NCBI GenBank assembly: GCA_963835535.1
Contig: CAWIFL010000003.1
Coordinates: forward strand, 162,432 to 226,431
DNA: 64,000 nt
Direction: 5' to 3'
Origin: an uncultured Gemmatimonadales bacterium
GTDB lineage: Bacteria > Gemmatimonadota > Gemmatimonadetes > Gemmatimonadales > JACORV01
A program made the translations under genes and the position numbers. Below the pieces are notes generated by a model, which had not been told where the DNA came from, made no database searches, and saw only the letters and a program-made list of their open reading frames with translations. This document shows positions 56,426-64,000 of this stretch, piece by piece (positions within the stretch are counted from its first letter, which is position 1; each line of letters begins with the position of its first letter).

Positions 56426-57541
56426 ATGCGTAACCGAATTCTGAAGATCGTGGGGACGCTGGCCGTGTGTTTGCCGACGCTGGCGATGGCCCAGCAGCAG
56501 CCAGAGCCCGAGCGCGGCAGAGGCACCTGGGAGTTCAGCTTGGGCGGAGGCATCTCCATACTCGACGCCATGCTCCGGGGCTATCTTGGAAACGGGGCGC
56601 CCTCAACCCGGTACAACAACGGCTATCCGGGAGTTATCGCGCCCACCGTCGGCGCCCTCGTGGGCTACAACTTCAACCCGCACCTCGGTTTCAGCCTGGG
56701 GGGCGAGGCCGCCTTCGCTTCCAGTGTGAGCCTCAAGACGGAGGACGCCGCCCTCACGTACACGTGGAACCTGAACGCGAGGACGACCCCCTTCGTCCTC
56801 GGCGGGATGGAACTCACCCGCATCGACGGCCTCAACGATCGGACCAGTCACTCGACCTGGGGCGCCATGGGAGGCGTCGGCGTCCGCCAGATGGTCGGCA
56901 GGAACCTCGCGGTTCGGCTCGAGGGCCGGATGCGGCTCGAGGGCTACCAGGAGTTGCCGGCGGGCGACGCGTGGACATCAGAGATCAGGGTCGGCCTTTC
57001 GTACTTCGTCGGCGGACGGCGGCCTGCCGGCCCCCGGATGGCGGCGGCAGAGTATCGGCCGCCCCGTATGCTCGCGCGCGTGGATACGGTCGTGCGGGTG
57101 CGCGTGGATACGGTCGTGCGGGTGCGCGTGGATACCCTGAGACGGACGGATACGGTGCGCGTGATGGAACCGCAGCCGGACCAGATCGTTCTGCGCGTGC
57201 AGTTCGCCACCGACTCGACGGCGCTGCTGCGGAAATCGCGGCCGGTCCTCGATACGATCGCGCGTGCCATCATCGCGACGCCGAACTCGCAGTGGGAGGT
57301 GCAGGGCCACACCGACAATGTCGGCACGGCGGAGCACAATCGGATCCTCGCCCAGGGCCGCGCGCAGACGGTGGTGGATTACCTGGTCCGCCGCGGAGTG
57401 GATCGCAACATCCTGACGGCCAAGGGCTACGGTGAGGATCGCCCCGTGTTCTCCAACAGTACCATCTACGGGCGCGCGCAGAACCGGCGCGTGCAGCTGC
57501 GGCGCATCCCCGCACCGCCGACCGGGCCGCCGGTGAAGTAG
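56426..57541 (+). CDS. OmpA-family outer membrane protein (beta-barrel + OmpA C-terminal domain)
   Basis: Signal peptide. C-terminal peptidoglycan-binding motif (FATDSTAL...VQGHTDNVGTAEHNRILAQGRAQTVVDYL...NRRVQL). Confidence 0.85.
   Translation: MRNRILKIVGTLAVCLPTLAMAQQQPEPERGRGTWEFSLGGGISILDAMLRGYLGNGAPSTRYNNGYPGVIAPTVGALVGYNFNPHLGFSLGGEAAFASSVSLKTEDAALTYTWNLNARTTPFVLGGMELTRIDGLNDRTSHSTWGAMGGVGVRQMVGRNLAVRLEGRMRLEGYQELPAGDAWTSEIRVGLSYFVGGRRPAGPRMAAAEYRPPRMLARVDTVVRVRVDTVVRVRVDTLRRTDTVRVMEPQPDQIVLRVQFATDSTALLRKSRPVLDTIARAIIATPNSQWEVQGHTDNVGTAEHNRILAQGRAQTVVDYLVRRGVDRNILTAKGYGEDRPVFSNSTIYGRAQNRRVQLRRIPAPPTGPPVK
57076..57136 (+). repeat. 24-bp in-frame tandem repeat (about 2.5 units) in the OmpA linker
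   Basis: GCGCGTGGATACGGTCGTGCGGGT x2 plus a partial unit, encoding RVDTVVRVRVDTVVRVRVDT. Confidence 0.9.
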
Positions 57542-57576
57542 TGGTGTCCTGAGAGGTTGAACGCAGCAGTCTGACA

Positions 57577-57606
57577 GCGGGAGTCGGACCTGGGTCCGAC
57601 TCCCGC
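57577..57606 (+). terminator. strong hairpin downstream of the OmpA-family gene
   Basis: GCGGGAGTCGGACC-TG-GGTCCGACTCCCGC, a perfect 14-bp stem with no U tract. Confidence 0.5.
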
Positions 57607-57634
57607 GTCGCAAGCAGGTCACCGGGAGGACTAG

Positions 57635-58048
57635 ATGCCACGTCCCCGTCGTCCGCACCGCAAGGACGTTCGCCTGGAGCGGAAGACTGCCGAGGACACA
57701 CGGCAGGCCGGGACCGGAGCCTCGAGCCGGTCAGCGGCGACGCTGTGGGCGTACACGTATCAGATCGTGCCACGGCAGACCAGGATTCAGATGCGGGCGG
57801 TAGAAGCCCTCCTCGACCTGGAGCATGCGGACGCGAAGAACGCATCGGCCACGTTCGGGGGACGCTTGATCGTCGGTACGCAGGGGACGCGCATCCTGAT
57901 CGTGAGCGACTGTCCCGGACGAAGCTGTGCGGCGAACCAGCGACTGGAGTCCGAGCTGAGGCAGCTGCAGGCGGAGTTCACCGTGTCCGAGCCGGTGCTG
58001 CTGGCGGACGACGCGGCGACACCCTCGCCGGCAGCGACCTCCATGTAG
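57635..58048 (+). CDS. hypothetical protein
   Basis: ORF of plausible composition. No family recognised. Confidence 0.35.
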   Translation: MPRPRRPHRKDVRLERKTAEDTRQAGTGASSRSAATLWAYTYQIVPRQTRIQMRAVEALLDLEHADAKNASATFGGRLIVGTQGTRILIVSDCPGRSCAANQRLESELRQLQAEFTVSEPVLLADDAATPSPAATSM

Positions 58049-58057
58049 GGAGAACCC

Positions 58058-58654
58058 ATGACGACGCCGTCGAGCGCGAGAAGTGACGTGCACGCGCCCC
58101 TGGGGCTGCACCGGTACCGCGCGGGCGTTCGGCGTGGCCGGCAGCTCGAGTCGGTGGGCCGGCAGCGCAGCGCGACCCCGCTCGCGCCCCCGATGCAGGA
58201 GGCCCTGGACCGCGTCACGTATCTCGCCGGCCAGGCACTGGACGCGCCGGCCGTGTGCGTGTCGCTCGTGGATGCGGAGCGGCGGCTCCTGGCGAGCAGC
58301 TACGGCCTGCCCGTACCCACCGCCCTCCTCATTTCGCACGCGTTCCACAAGCACATCGTCGCCTCCCGCCGCCCCCTGGTGGTGGCGGACGGGCGCCGCG
58401 ACCCGCTGGTGGCGCAGAACCCGGCGGTGCGCGACGGGACGGTGCGCTCGTGCGTGGGCATGCCCTTCGGCACGGCGGACGGGCGCACGATCGGCACCCT
58501 CCTTGCGATGGACCCCCGACCGCGCCGGTGGACCGCCCCGCAACTGGATCTGATAGGCAAGCTCTCAGCGCTGATTGTGAGCGAGGTGGAAGTGGGGGTC
58601 GCGGTGCGCCGTACGTGGCGCAGCGCTGCCCGCCTTCCGCAAGCGAACCTGTAA
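58058..58654 (+). CDS. GAF-domain protein
   Basis: LDRVTYLAGQALDAPAVCVSLVD...RSCVGMPF...GRTIGTLLAMD..PRRWT..QLDLIGKLSALI fits the stand-alone GAF pattern. Confidence 0.65.
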   Translation: MTTPSSARSDVHAPLGLHRYRAGVRRGRQLESVGRQRSATPLAPPMQEALDRVTYLAGQALDAPAVCVSLVDAERRLLASSYGLPVPTALLISHAFHKHIVASRRPLVVADGRRDPLVAQNPAVRDGTVRSCVGMPFGTADGRTIGTLLAMDPRPRRWTAPQLDLIGKLSALIVSEVEVGVAVRRTWRSAARLPQANL

Positions 58655-58819
58655 CGGAGGGCAATCGCGAGGCGCGCAGTGTGACCCGATGACCGAGAAC
58701 CACCGTAACCCGCAAGGGGCGCCGTCCGGCCCCTCCGCCCTCGCTCGCATCGTCGTGGTGCTCGTGCGGTGACCGGTCCAACGTCGAACGACACTGGAAG
58801 ACGAGGAAGGAGATTTCCA

Positions 58820-58939
58820 ATGGCCAAGAAGAGCAGAGGCGGCAGAATGACCGCCGCCAAGAAGCGTGCTGCCAAGGCGCCCGGTGGAAAGGGCCCTGTC
58901 AAGAACCGCAAGGCGGGTCGCAGGATCATGGCGACCTGA
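58820..58939 (+). CDS. 39-aa highly basic peptide, absent from the ORF track
   Basis: AGGAAGGAG lies 8 nt upstream of the ATG. MAKKSRGGRMTAAKKRAAKAPGGKGPVKNRKAGRRIMAT*. Followed by a hairpin. Confidence 0.4.
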   Translation: MAKKSRGGRMTAAKKRAAKAPGGKGPVKNRKAGRRIMAT

Positions 58940-58966
58940 GAGCGCGGGGCAGCAACAGGCGGAGCC

Positions 58967-58994
58967 AAGGGGGCCGTCGCGAGACGGCCCCCTT
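58967..58994 (+). terminator. hairpin after the small basic ORF
   Basis: AAGGGGGCCGTC-GCGA-GACGGCCCCCTT, a perfect 12-bp stem, followed by GTT and a G-rich tract rather than a U tract. Confidence 0.45.
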
Positions 58995-58997
58995 GTT

Positions 58998-59028
58998 GGG
59001 GGGGGGGGCTGGGGGGCTGGGGGGCTGG
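58998..59028 (+). other. G-rich tract (G11-CT-G6-CT-G6-CT-GG), potential G-quadruplex
   Basis: Read directly from the sequence. Confidence 0.6.
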
Positions 59029-59120
59029 CCGTCGCTCCTACGTCCTCGCTGTACGTCGGACGGCAGTGCCGAGTGCCACCGCGGTACGTCGGCGGTCGTT
59101 GTGCGATCCCGGAGGATCCA

Positions 59121-59405
59121 ATGCCTTTCCTGCTCGCTGGCCTGGCGCTTCTCACGCCGCGACTCGCGGTCGCCCTTCTCTGGTTCCTCAGCCACTGGTT
59201 TGACGGCGTCTTCTCCGCGCCGTTGTGGCCGATTCTCGGCTTCCTCTTTCTGCCCACGACGCTGCTCTGGTACACGGCCGTCCACCACTGGTTCGGCGGC
59301 GCGTGGTCGTTCTGGCCCATCGTGGGCCTCGTGGTGGCGCTCACGATCGATCTGTCCCCGGCCCGCGAGCACCGCCGGTTCAGGGGCCGCCGGGCGGGGG
59401 ACTGA
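59121..59405 (+). CDS. small membrane protein (94 aa)
   Basis: Internal start MPFLLAGLALL. Three Trp-rich hydrophobic segments. Confidence 0.5.
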   Translation: MPFLLAGLALLTPRLAVALLWFLSHWFDGVFSAPLWPILGFLFLPTTLLWYTAVHHWFGGAWSFWPIVGLVVALTIDLSPAREHRRFRGRRAGD

Positions 59406-59416
59406 CTCGCGGCAGA

Positions 59417-59722
59417 CTATCGTGCGCTGGGGAGCCTGCGCTTGCGGCCGGCCGGCAGTTTCCGGGCGCCGCGTTCCGCCCGAACGGCCGCGATCCCCGC
59501 CAGCACCCCGGCGACCAGCGCCGCCTGTCCGGCGGCCCTCAGCACCCGGCCTGTCTTCGAGAGGGTCCGCTTGAGCTGGCGTTGCCGGTCCTCCGACTCC
59601 GCCCGCTTCCGGGCTTCCTGCAGCAACCGATCGGCCTCGCGCGCCGCCACCAACGCCCAATCCTTGGCGCGCTCTGCGGCGCGCACCGCCGCACTCATGA
59701 AGTGGTCTGCTCGTCTTCCCAT
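59417..59722 (-). CDS. hypothetical protein with C-terminal TM
   Basis: Helical, charged N-terminus plus AALVAGVLAGIAAV. No family recognised. Confidence 0.3.
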   Translation of the reverse strand: MGRRADHFMSAAVRAAERAKDWALVAAREADRLLQEARKRAESEDRQRQLKRTLSKTGRVLRAAGQAALVAGVLAGIAAVRAERGARKLPAGRKRRLPSAR

Positions 59723-59791
59723 GACTGGTGCCCCTTTCGCTCTGTGTGAGGTCGACTGCGCCCGCCTTCCGTCGCAGGCGCGCCCGTTGGC

Positions 59792-60808
59792 TCAGCCCGA
59801 CGCGCCCCTCCGTCCGCCCACGAACCACGTCCTGACTTCGCCCCTGCCCTCGACCTCGAGCGCGCCGCGCTCCTCGAGCAGGAACGATTCGTCCAGCAGC
59901 TGCCGAGTGCTCTCCGCCACCTGCACGCGCCCCGCCACGCCGTGGGATTCCATCCGGCTGGCGATGATCACCGCGTCGCCCCACACGTCGTAGAGGTACA
60001 TCCGCTTGCCGATGACGCCGGCCACCACCGGCCCGGTAGCGATGCCGATGCGCAGCTGGAGCGCGGAGCCGCCGCGCTCATTGAAGCGGTTCAGCGCGTC
60101 GATCATGTCGAGCGACAGGTGCGCCGCCCGCACCGCATGATCGCCCGATGGCACCGGCACACCCGCGGCGGCCATGTACGAGTTCCCGAGCGTCTTGATC
60201 TTCCTGAGGCCACGCTGCCGGGCGAGGTCGTCGAACGTGGTGAAGATCTCCTCGAGCTGGAGCGCCAGCTGCTCGGGGCCCACCGGCGGCGTCAGCTCCG
60301 CGAATCCCACGATGTCCGCGATCACCACCGTCGCGTCCGCGAAGTGGTCCGCGGTGACGTCCGGGCGTGCCGCCAGCCGCGCCGCGATCGAGTCCGGCGG
60401 CACGTGGAGGGCCAGCCGCTCCGCCACCTTCCGCGCCGCCACGACCTGATCGAACAGCTGCTTCAGCTCGCCATTCTTGCGGCGCACCTCGGCGTACAAC
60501 AGGCGGACCTCGAGCATGTTGTGGACCCGCGTCAACACCTCCGGGACATCGAAAGGCTTGCTGATGAAGTCCTTCGCCCCGGCCTTGAGCGCGCGCAGTT
60601 TGTGCTCCGGCTGGGCCGTGATCACCAGGACCGGCAGGTACCCCTCCTTCTCGACCTCCTTCAGCCCCTCCATCACCTGGAATCCGTCCATGTCGGGCAT
60701 CTGGAGGTCGAGCAGGATCAGGTCGTAGCGATGCGCCTCGTGCAGCGCACACACCGCACGCGGATCCTGCGTCGACGTGACGGACGCATACCCGGCGCCG
60801 CCGAGCAT
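59792..60808 (-). CDS. response-regulator receiver + class III adenylate/guanylate cyclase
   Basis: REC (YDLILLDLQMPDMDG...KPF) plus cyclase domain (ATVVIADIVGFAEL...KTLGNSYMAAAG...GIATGPVVAGVIG...YDVWGDAVIIASRME). The first canonical start, at 60808, omits the in-frame upstream RILVVDDQPANVLLLER (60809-60859). Confidence 0.8.
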   Translation of the reverse strand: MLGGAGYASVTSTQDPRAVCALHEAHRYDLILLDLQMPDMDGFQVMEGLKEVEKEGYLPVLVITAQPEHKLRALKAGAKDFISKPFDVPEVLTRVHNMLEVRLLYAEVRRKNGELKQLFDQVVAARKVAERLALHVPPDSIAARLAARPDVTADHFADATVVIADIVGFAELTPPVGPEQLALQLEEIFTTFDDLARQRGLRKIKTLGNSYMAAAGVPVPSGDHAVRAAHLSLDMIDALNRFNERGGSALQLRIGIATGPVVAGVIGKRMYLYDVWGDAVIIASRMESHGVAGRVQVAESTRQLLDESFLLEERGALEVEGRGEVRTWFVGGRRGASG

Positions 60809-60880
60809 GCGCTCGAGCAGCAGGACGTTGGCCGGCTGGTCGTCGACGACCAGGATCCTGGCCTGAGGATCTCGGTGGGC

Positions 60881-63379
60881 TCAGGCATGCGGGTGCACAC
60901 CCTTCAGCGCCGCGTCCAGGGCTTCCATGAACTCCTTGACCTTGATCGGCTTGGTGAGATACGAGACGAACCCCGCTTCGAGGCCCTTCGCGATATCGCG
61001 TGGCATCGCATTGGCGCTGATGGCGACGACCGGGATGTGCGCGGTCGCCGGGTCGTCGTGCAGGATCTTCAGCGCCTCGAATCCGCTGATGCCGGGCAGG
61101 TTGATGTCCATCAGGATCACTTCCGGCTGATGGGCGTGGGCCAGCTGGATGCCCAGGTTGCCGTCCACCGCGGACAGCAGGCGCATGGTGGGGCGGCGCG
61201 CGATGAGCTGCTCGACCAGCTTCAGATTCGCCGGGTTGTCCTCGACATAGAGCAGCGTGCGCAGCGGCGTGCCGGGTTGCGCCGGCGCCTGGACGACGAC
61301 CGCCGGTGCGGCCGTGATCGCTTCGAGCTTCGGAGCGGCAGCCGCGCCCAGCTCGCACCAGAAGACGCTTCCCACCCCGACGCTGCTCTCCACTCCAAGG
61401 ACCCCACCCATCAGCTCGACCAGTCGCTTGCTCATCACCAGACCGATCCCCGTGCCCTGCTCGGCGCCCCGGTCCTGCCCGAGACGGTTGAACGGCTGGA
61501 ACAGCTGCGCCAGCTTGTCCGGAGGCAAACCCGGCCCGCTGTCCCGCACGTTGATGCGCACCCGGTCCGCCGTGCTGCCCGCGCAATCCAGCAGGACCGT
61601 TCCCCCGGTCTGGTTGTACTTGACCGCGTTCGACAGCAGGTTGATGAGGACCTGCTTCAGTCGCGTCCGATCCGCGGCGACGAAGACCGGGACGTCGAAC
61701 TGCGGGAAGGTCATGCGGATGCCACGGGGCTGGGCCTGCGGCTCGATCATGGCCTGGCATTCGAGGATGACCTCGGCCAGCGACGTCGGCTCCGGCGACA
61801 GCGACAGCCGCCCGGACTCGATCTGCGCCAGATCGAGGATCTCGTTGATCAGCGACAGCAGATACCATCCCGCGCGAAGAATCTCGGCGATGGCCACCTT
61901 CTGGGAGGGAGTCGCCGGCGTGGCGTCGGACTCCATCACCTGGGCGAACCCGAGGATCGCGTTGAGCGGTGAGCGCAGCTCATGACTCATGCTGGACAGG
62001 AACTCCGATTTGGCGAGGTTCGCCTTCTCCGCCACGGACTTCGCGCTCTCCAGCTCGATGTTCTTCTCGCGGAGCTCCCGATCCAGGCGCTTGCGCTCCG
62101 TCACGTCGCGCGCCGCGGCGACCACGCCCTGCAGCTGCCCGTCCCGGTCGTAGAACGTCGTGGCGTTGTAGGACACGACGGTTTCCCTGCCATCCCTGGC
62201 GCGCGCGGTGAGTTCGTAGTTGGTGACGGTCTTCCGGGTCAGCACCAGGGTGATGGCCGTTTCGGCTCGCTCCGGATCGGTGAAGTACTTCTTGAACGGG
62301 GCGCCGATCAGCTCGTCCCGCGTGCACCCGGTGAGCACTTCCATCTGCTTGTTGACATCGGTGATGATGCCGCGCGGATCGGTGGTCATGATCGCGTCGA
62401 TATTGGACTCGATGAGCGAGCGGGTGTAGAACTGCTGGTCGCGCAGCCGCTGATCGAGTTTCTTGCGCTCCTCTTCGATCTGCTTGCGCGCGGTGTTGTC
62501 GGTGCCGATCAGCAGATAGCCGATGATCGCATCCTGCGCGTCGCGCAGCGCCGTCACCGACACGACCGCCGGAAAGCGGCTGCCGTCCTTGCGGATGTAG
62601 GTCAGCTCATAGATGTCCTCGATGCCGCGCGAGGCCTTGAACACCAGCGCCTCGAAGCCCGGCGTGATCGGGGTGCCCAGCTCCACGCTGAGCGCCTTGG
62701 CGCGCGCGATCACTTCCTCCGGATCGGAGATGTCGGCCGGCGTGATCTTGTTCATCACCTCGGCGGCCGTGTAGCCCAGCATCCGCTCGGCGCCGACGTT
62801 GAAGATCTGGATCACGCCCTTGGCGTCCGTGGCGATGCTCGAGAAGTTGGCGCTGTTGAAGATCGCGCTCTGCAACGCGCCCGCCTTGAGCAGCGCTTCC
62901 TCCGCCTGCTTGCGCGCGGTGTTGTCGGTGCCGATCAGCAGATAGCCGATGATCACGTCCTGCGCGTCGCGCAGCGCCGTCACCGACACCACCGCCGGAA
63001 AGCGGCTGCCGTCCTTGCGGATGTAGCTCAGCTCGTAGATGTCCTCGATGCCGCGCGAGGCCTTGAACACCAGCGCCTCGAAGCCCGGCGTGATCGGGGT
63101 GCCCAGCTCGACGCTGAGCGCCTTGGCGCGCGCGATCACTTCCTCCGGATCGGAGATGTCGGCCGGCGTGATCCGGTTCGTCACCTCGGCGGCCGTGTAG
63201 CCCAGCATCCGCTCGGCGCCGACGTTGAAGATCTGGATGACGCCCTTGGCGTCCGTGGCGATGCTCGAGAAGTTGGCGCTGTTGAAGATCGCGCTCTGCA
63301 ACGCGCCCGCCTTGAGCTCCGTGATGCCCTCTCCCGCGCGGCGCGTTCCGGCCCCCGGGGCGACTCGTGCGCTGATCAT
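60881..63379 (-). CDS. hybrid sensor histidine kinase (3 PAS + HisKA + HATPase + REC)
   Basis: H-box SSMSHELRSPLNAI, N/G boxes, C-terminal REC (LLYVEDNPANL...VILMDINLPGISG...TKPI). Two near-identical N-terminal PAS modules. Confidence 0.9.
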   Translation of the reverse strand: MISARVAPGAGTRRAGEGITELKAGALQSAIFNSANFSSIATDAKGVIQIFNVGAERMLGYTAAEVTNRITPADISDPEEVIARAKALSVELGTPITPGFEALVFKASRGIEDIYELSYIRKDGSRFPAVVSVTALRDAQDVIIGYLLIGTDNTARKQAEEALLKAGALQSAIFNSANFSSIATDAKGVIQIFNVGAERMLGYTAAEVMNKITPADISDPEEVIARAKALSVELGTPITPGFEALVFKASRGIEDIYELTYIRKDGSRFPAVVSVTALRDAQDAIIGYLLIGTDNTARKQIEEERKKLDQRLRDQQFYTRSLIESNIDAIMTTDPRGIITDVNKQMEVLTGCTRDELIGAPFKKYFTDPERAETAITLVLTRKTVTNYELTARARDGRETVVSYNATTFYDRDGQLQGVVAAARDVTERKRLDRELREKNIELESAKSVAEKANLAKSEFLSSMSHELRSPLNAILGFAQVMESDATPATPSQKVAIAEILRAGWYLLSLINEILDLAQIESGRLSLSPEPTSLAEVILECQAMIEPQAQPRGIRMTFPQFDVPVFVAADRTRLKQVLINLLSNAVKYNQTGGTVLLDCAGSTADRVRINVRDSGPGLPPDKLAQLFQPFNRLGQDRGAEQGTGIGLVMSKRLVELMGGVLGVESSVGVGSVFWCELGAAAAPKLEAITAAPAVVVQAPAQPGTPLRTLLYVEDNPANLKLVEQLIARRPTMRLLSAVDGNLGIQLAHAHQPEVILMDINLPGISGFEALKILHDDPATAHIPVVAISANAMPRDIAKGLEAGFVSYLTKPIKVKEFMEALDAALKGVHPHA
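62481..63317. repeat. 426-bp tandem duplication inside the kinase gene
   Basis: 62481-62891 and 62907-63317 align base for base, with about ten mismatches counted by eye. Each encodes one PAS module (142-aa period). Confidence 0.9.
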
Positions 63380-64000
63380 GGCGTGCCTCCCTCTGATGGC
63401 TTCGCGGCATCCACGGCGTCCGCATCACGCAGGTCATGCGCGAGGTCCCTCGCGATCTGTCCCGCTTCCGGGGCCGTCGCGCCGGCGCTCATGCGCTCGT
63501 AGGTGGCCTCGGTCTTCGCGTCGCGGGCCAGCGCCGTCCGATCGTCGCGGTCGTCGCCCGGCATCTCCACCCGCAGCTCGACCAGCATCATCTGCAGACC
63601 CGCCGCGATCGGCAGGGCCAGCAGCGCTCCGATCACGCCGTACAGGATGCCGCCGGCGAGCAGCGCCAGGACCACCACAATCGAGGAGAGCCGCAGCACG
63701 TGCCCGTACACCTTCGGAATCAAGACCCGGTTCTCGAACTCCTGATAGATGAACAGCGCGGCCAGCACCACGAGGCCCGCGGGCAATCCCAGGGAAAGCG
63801 CGGAGAGCACGGCGGGAGCGGTGGCCAGCAGCGCGCCGATGAACGGGATCAGGTCCGTCACCGCCGCAAACAAGGCGATGGACAGCGCATTGGGGACCTT
63901 GAGGACGACCAGGAGCAGAAAGGTGAACACCCCGATCGCCGCGCACGTGATGAGCTGGCCGCGCATGTAGCCGCCGACGATCACCTCCAGGTTCTGGAGG
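63376..64000 (-). CDS. AI-2E (PerM/YhhT) family transporter, 5' end outside window
   Basis: ALFAAVTDLIPFIGALLATAPAV...FIYQEFENRVLIPKVYG...LLALPIAAGL conserved block. The frame is open to the window edge. Confidence 0.75.
   Translation of the reverse strand, partial: LQNLEVIVGGYMRGQLITCAAIGVFTFLLLVVLKVPNALSIALFAAVTDLIPFIGALLATAPAVLSALSLGLPAGLVVLAALFIYQEFENRVLIPKVYGHVLRLSSIVVVLALLAGGILYGVIGALLALPIAAGLQMMLVELRVEMPGDDRDDRTALARDAKTEATYERMSAGATAPEAGQIARDLAHDLRDADAVDAAKPSEGGTP

Overview
High-GC (roughly 70%) bacterial chromosomal segment; the taxon cannot be determined from the sequence alone. Three things stand out. (1) Bases 1-5201 look like the distal part of an integron-type gene-cassette array. 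Seven attC-like sites (RYYYAAC ... GTTRRRY termini with imperfectly paired arms) separate short + strand cassettes. Three consecutive cassettes carry toxin-antitoxin pairs (RelE/Phd, BrnT/BrnA, DUF433/DUF5615), one of them hit by an IS481-family element. The others hold a lipoprotein, a cassette with no ORF, and a 55-aa membrane peptide. No integrase is in the window; the orientation places it left of base 1. (2) 49.4-54.1 kb holds a kaiC-kaiB pair without kaiA, translationally coupled and followed by a PAS histidine kinase and two NarL-type response regulators. Next come a Big_2/DUF3494 (ice-binding-like) surface protein and an OmpA-family protein. (3) 59.8-63.4 kb holds a hybrid PAS histidine kinase with a recent 426-bp internal tandem duplication. 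It is separated by a single in-frame TGA from a receiver-adenylate/guanylate cyclase that has no canonical start codon covering its receiver domain. The rest is ordinary: ArsR/SRPBCC, cysteine synthase, an RND efflux operon with its two-component system, grpE-dnaJ, an ECF sigma locus with apparent frameshifts, tryptophanase-like lyase, cinA-pgsA, mglBA, recR-ybaB-dnaX-ffs, a full kdpFABC-porin-kdpDE locus, threonine aldolase and class II aldolase. Many long ORFs in the six-frame track are GC-driven artefacts antisense to or out of frame with real genes. All family calls come from motif recognition by eye and no searches were run.
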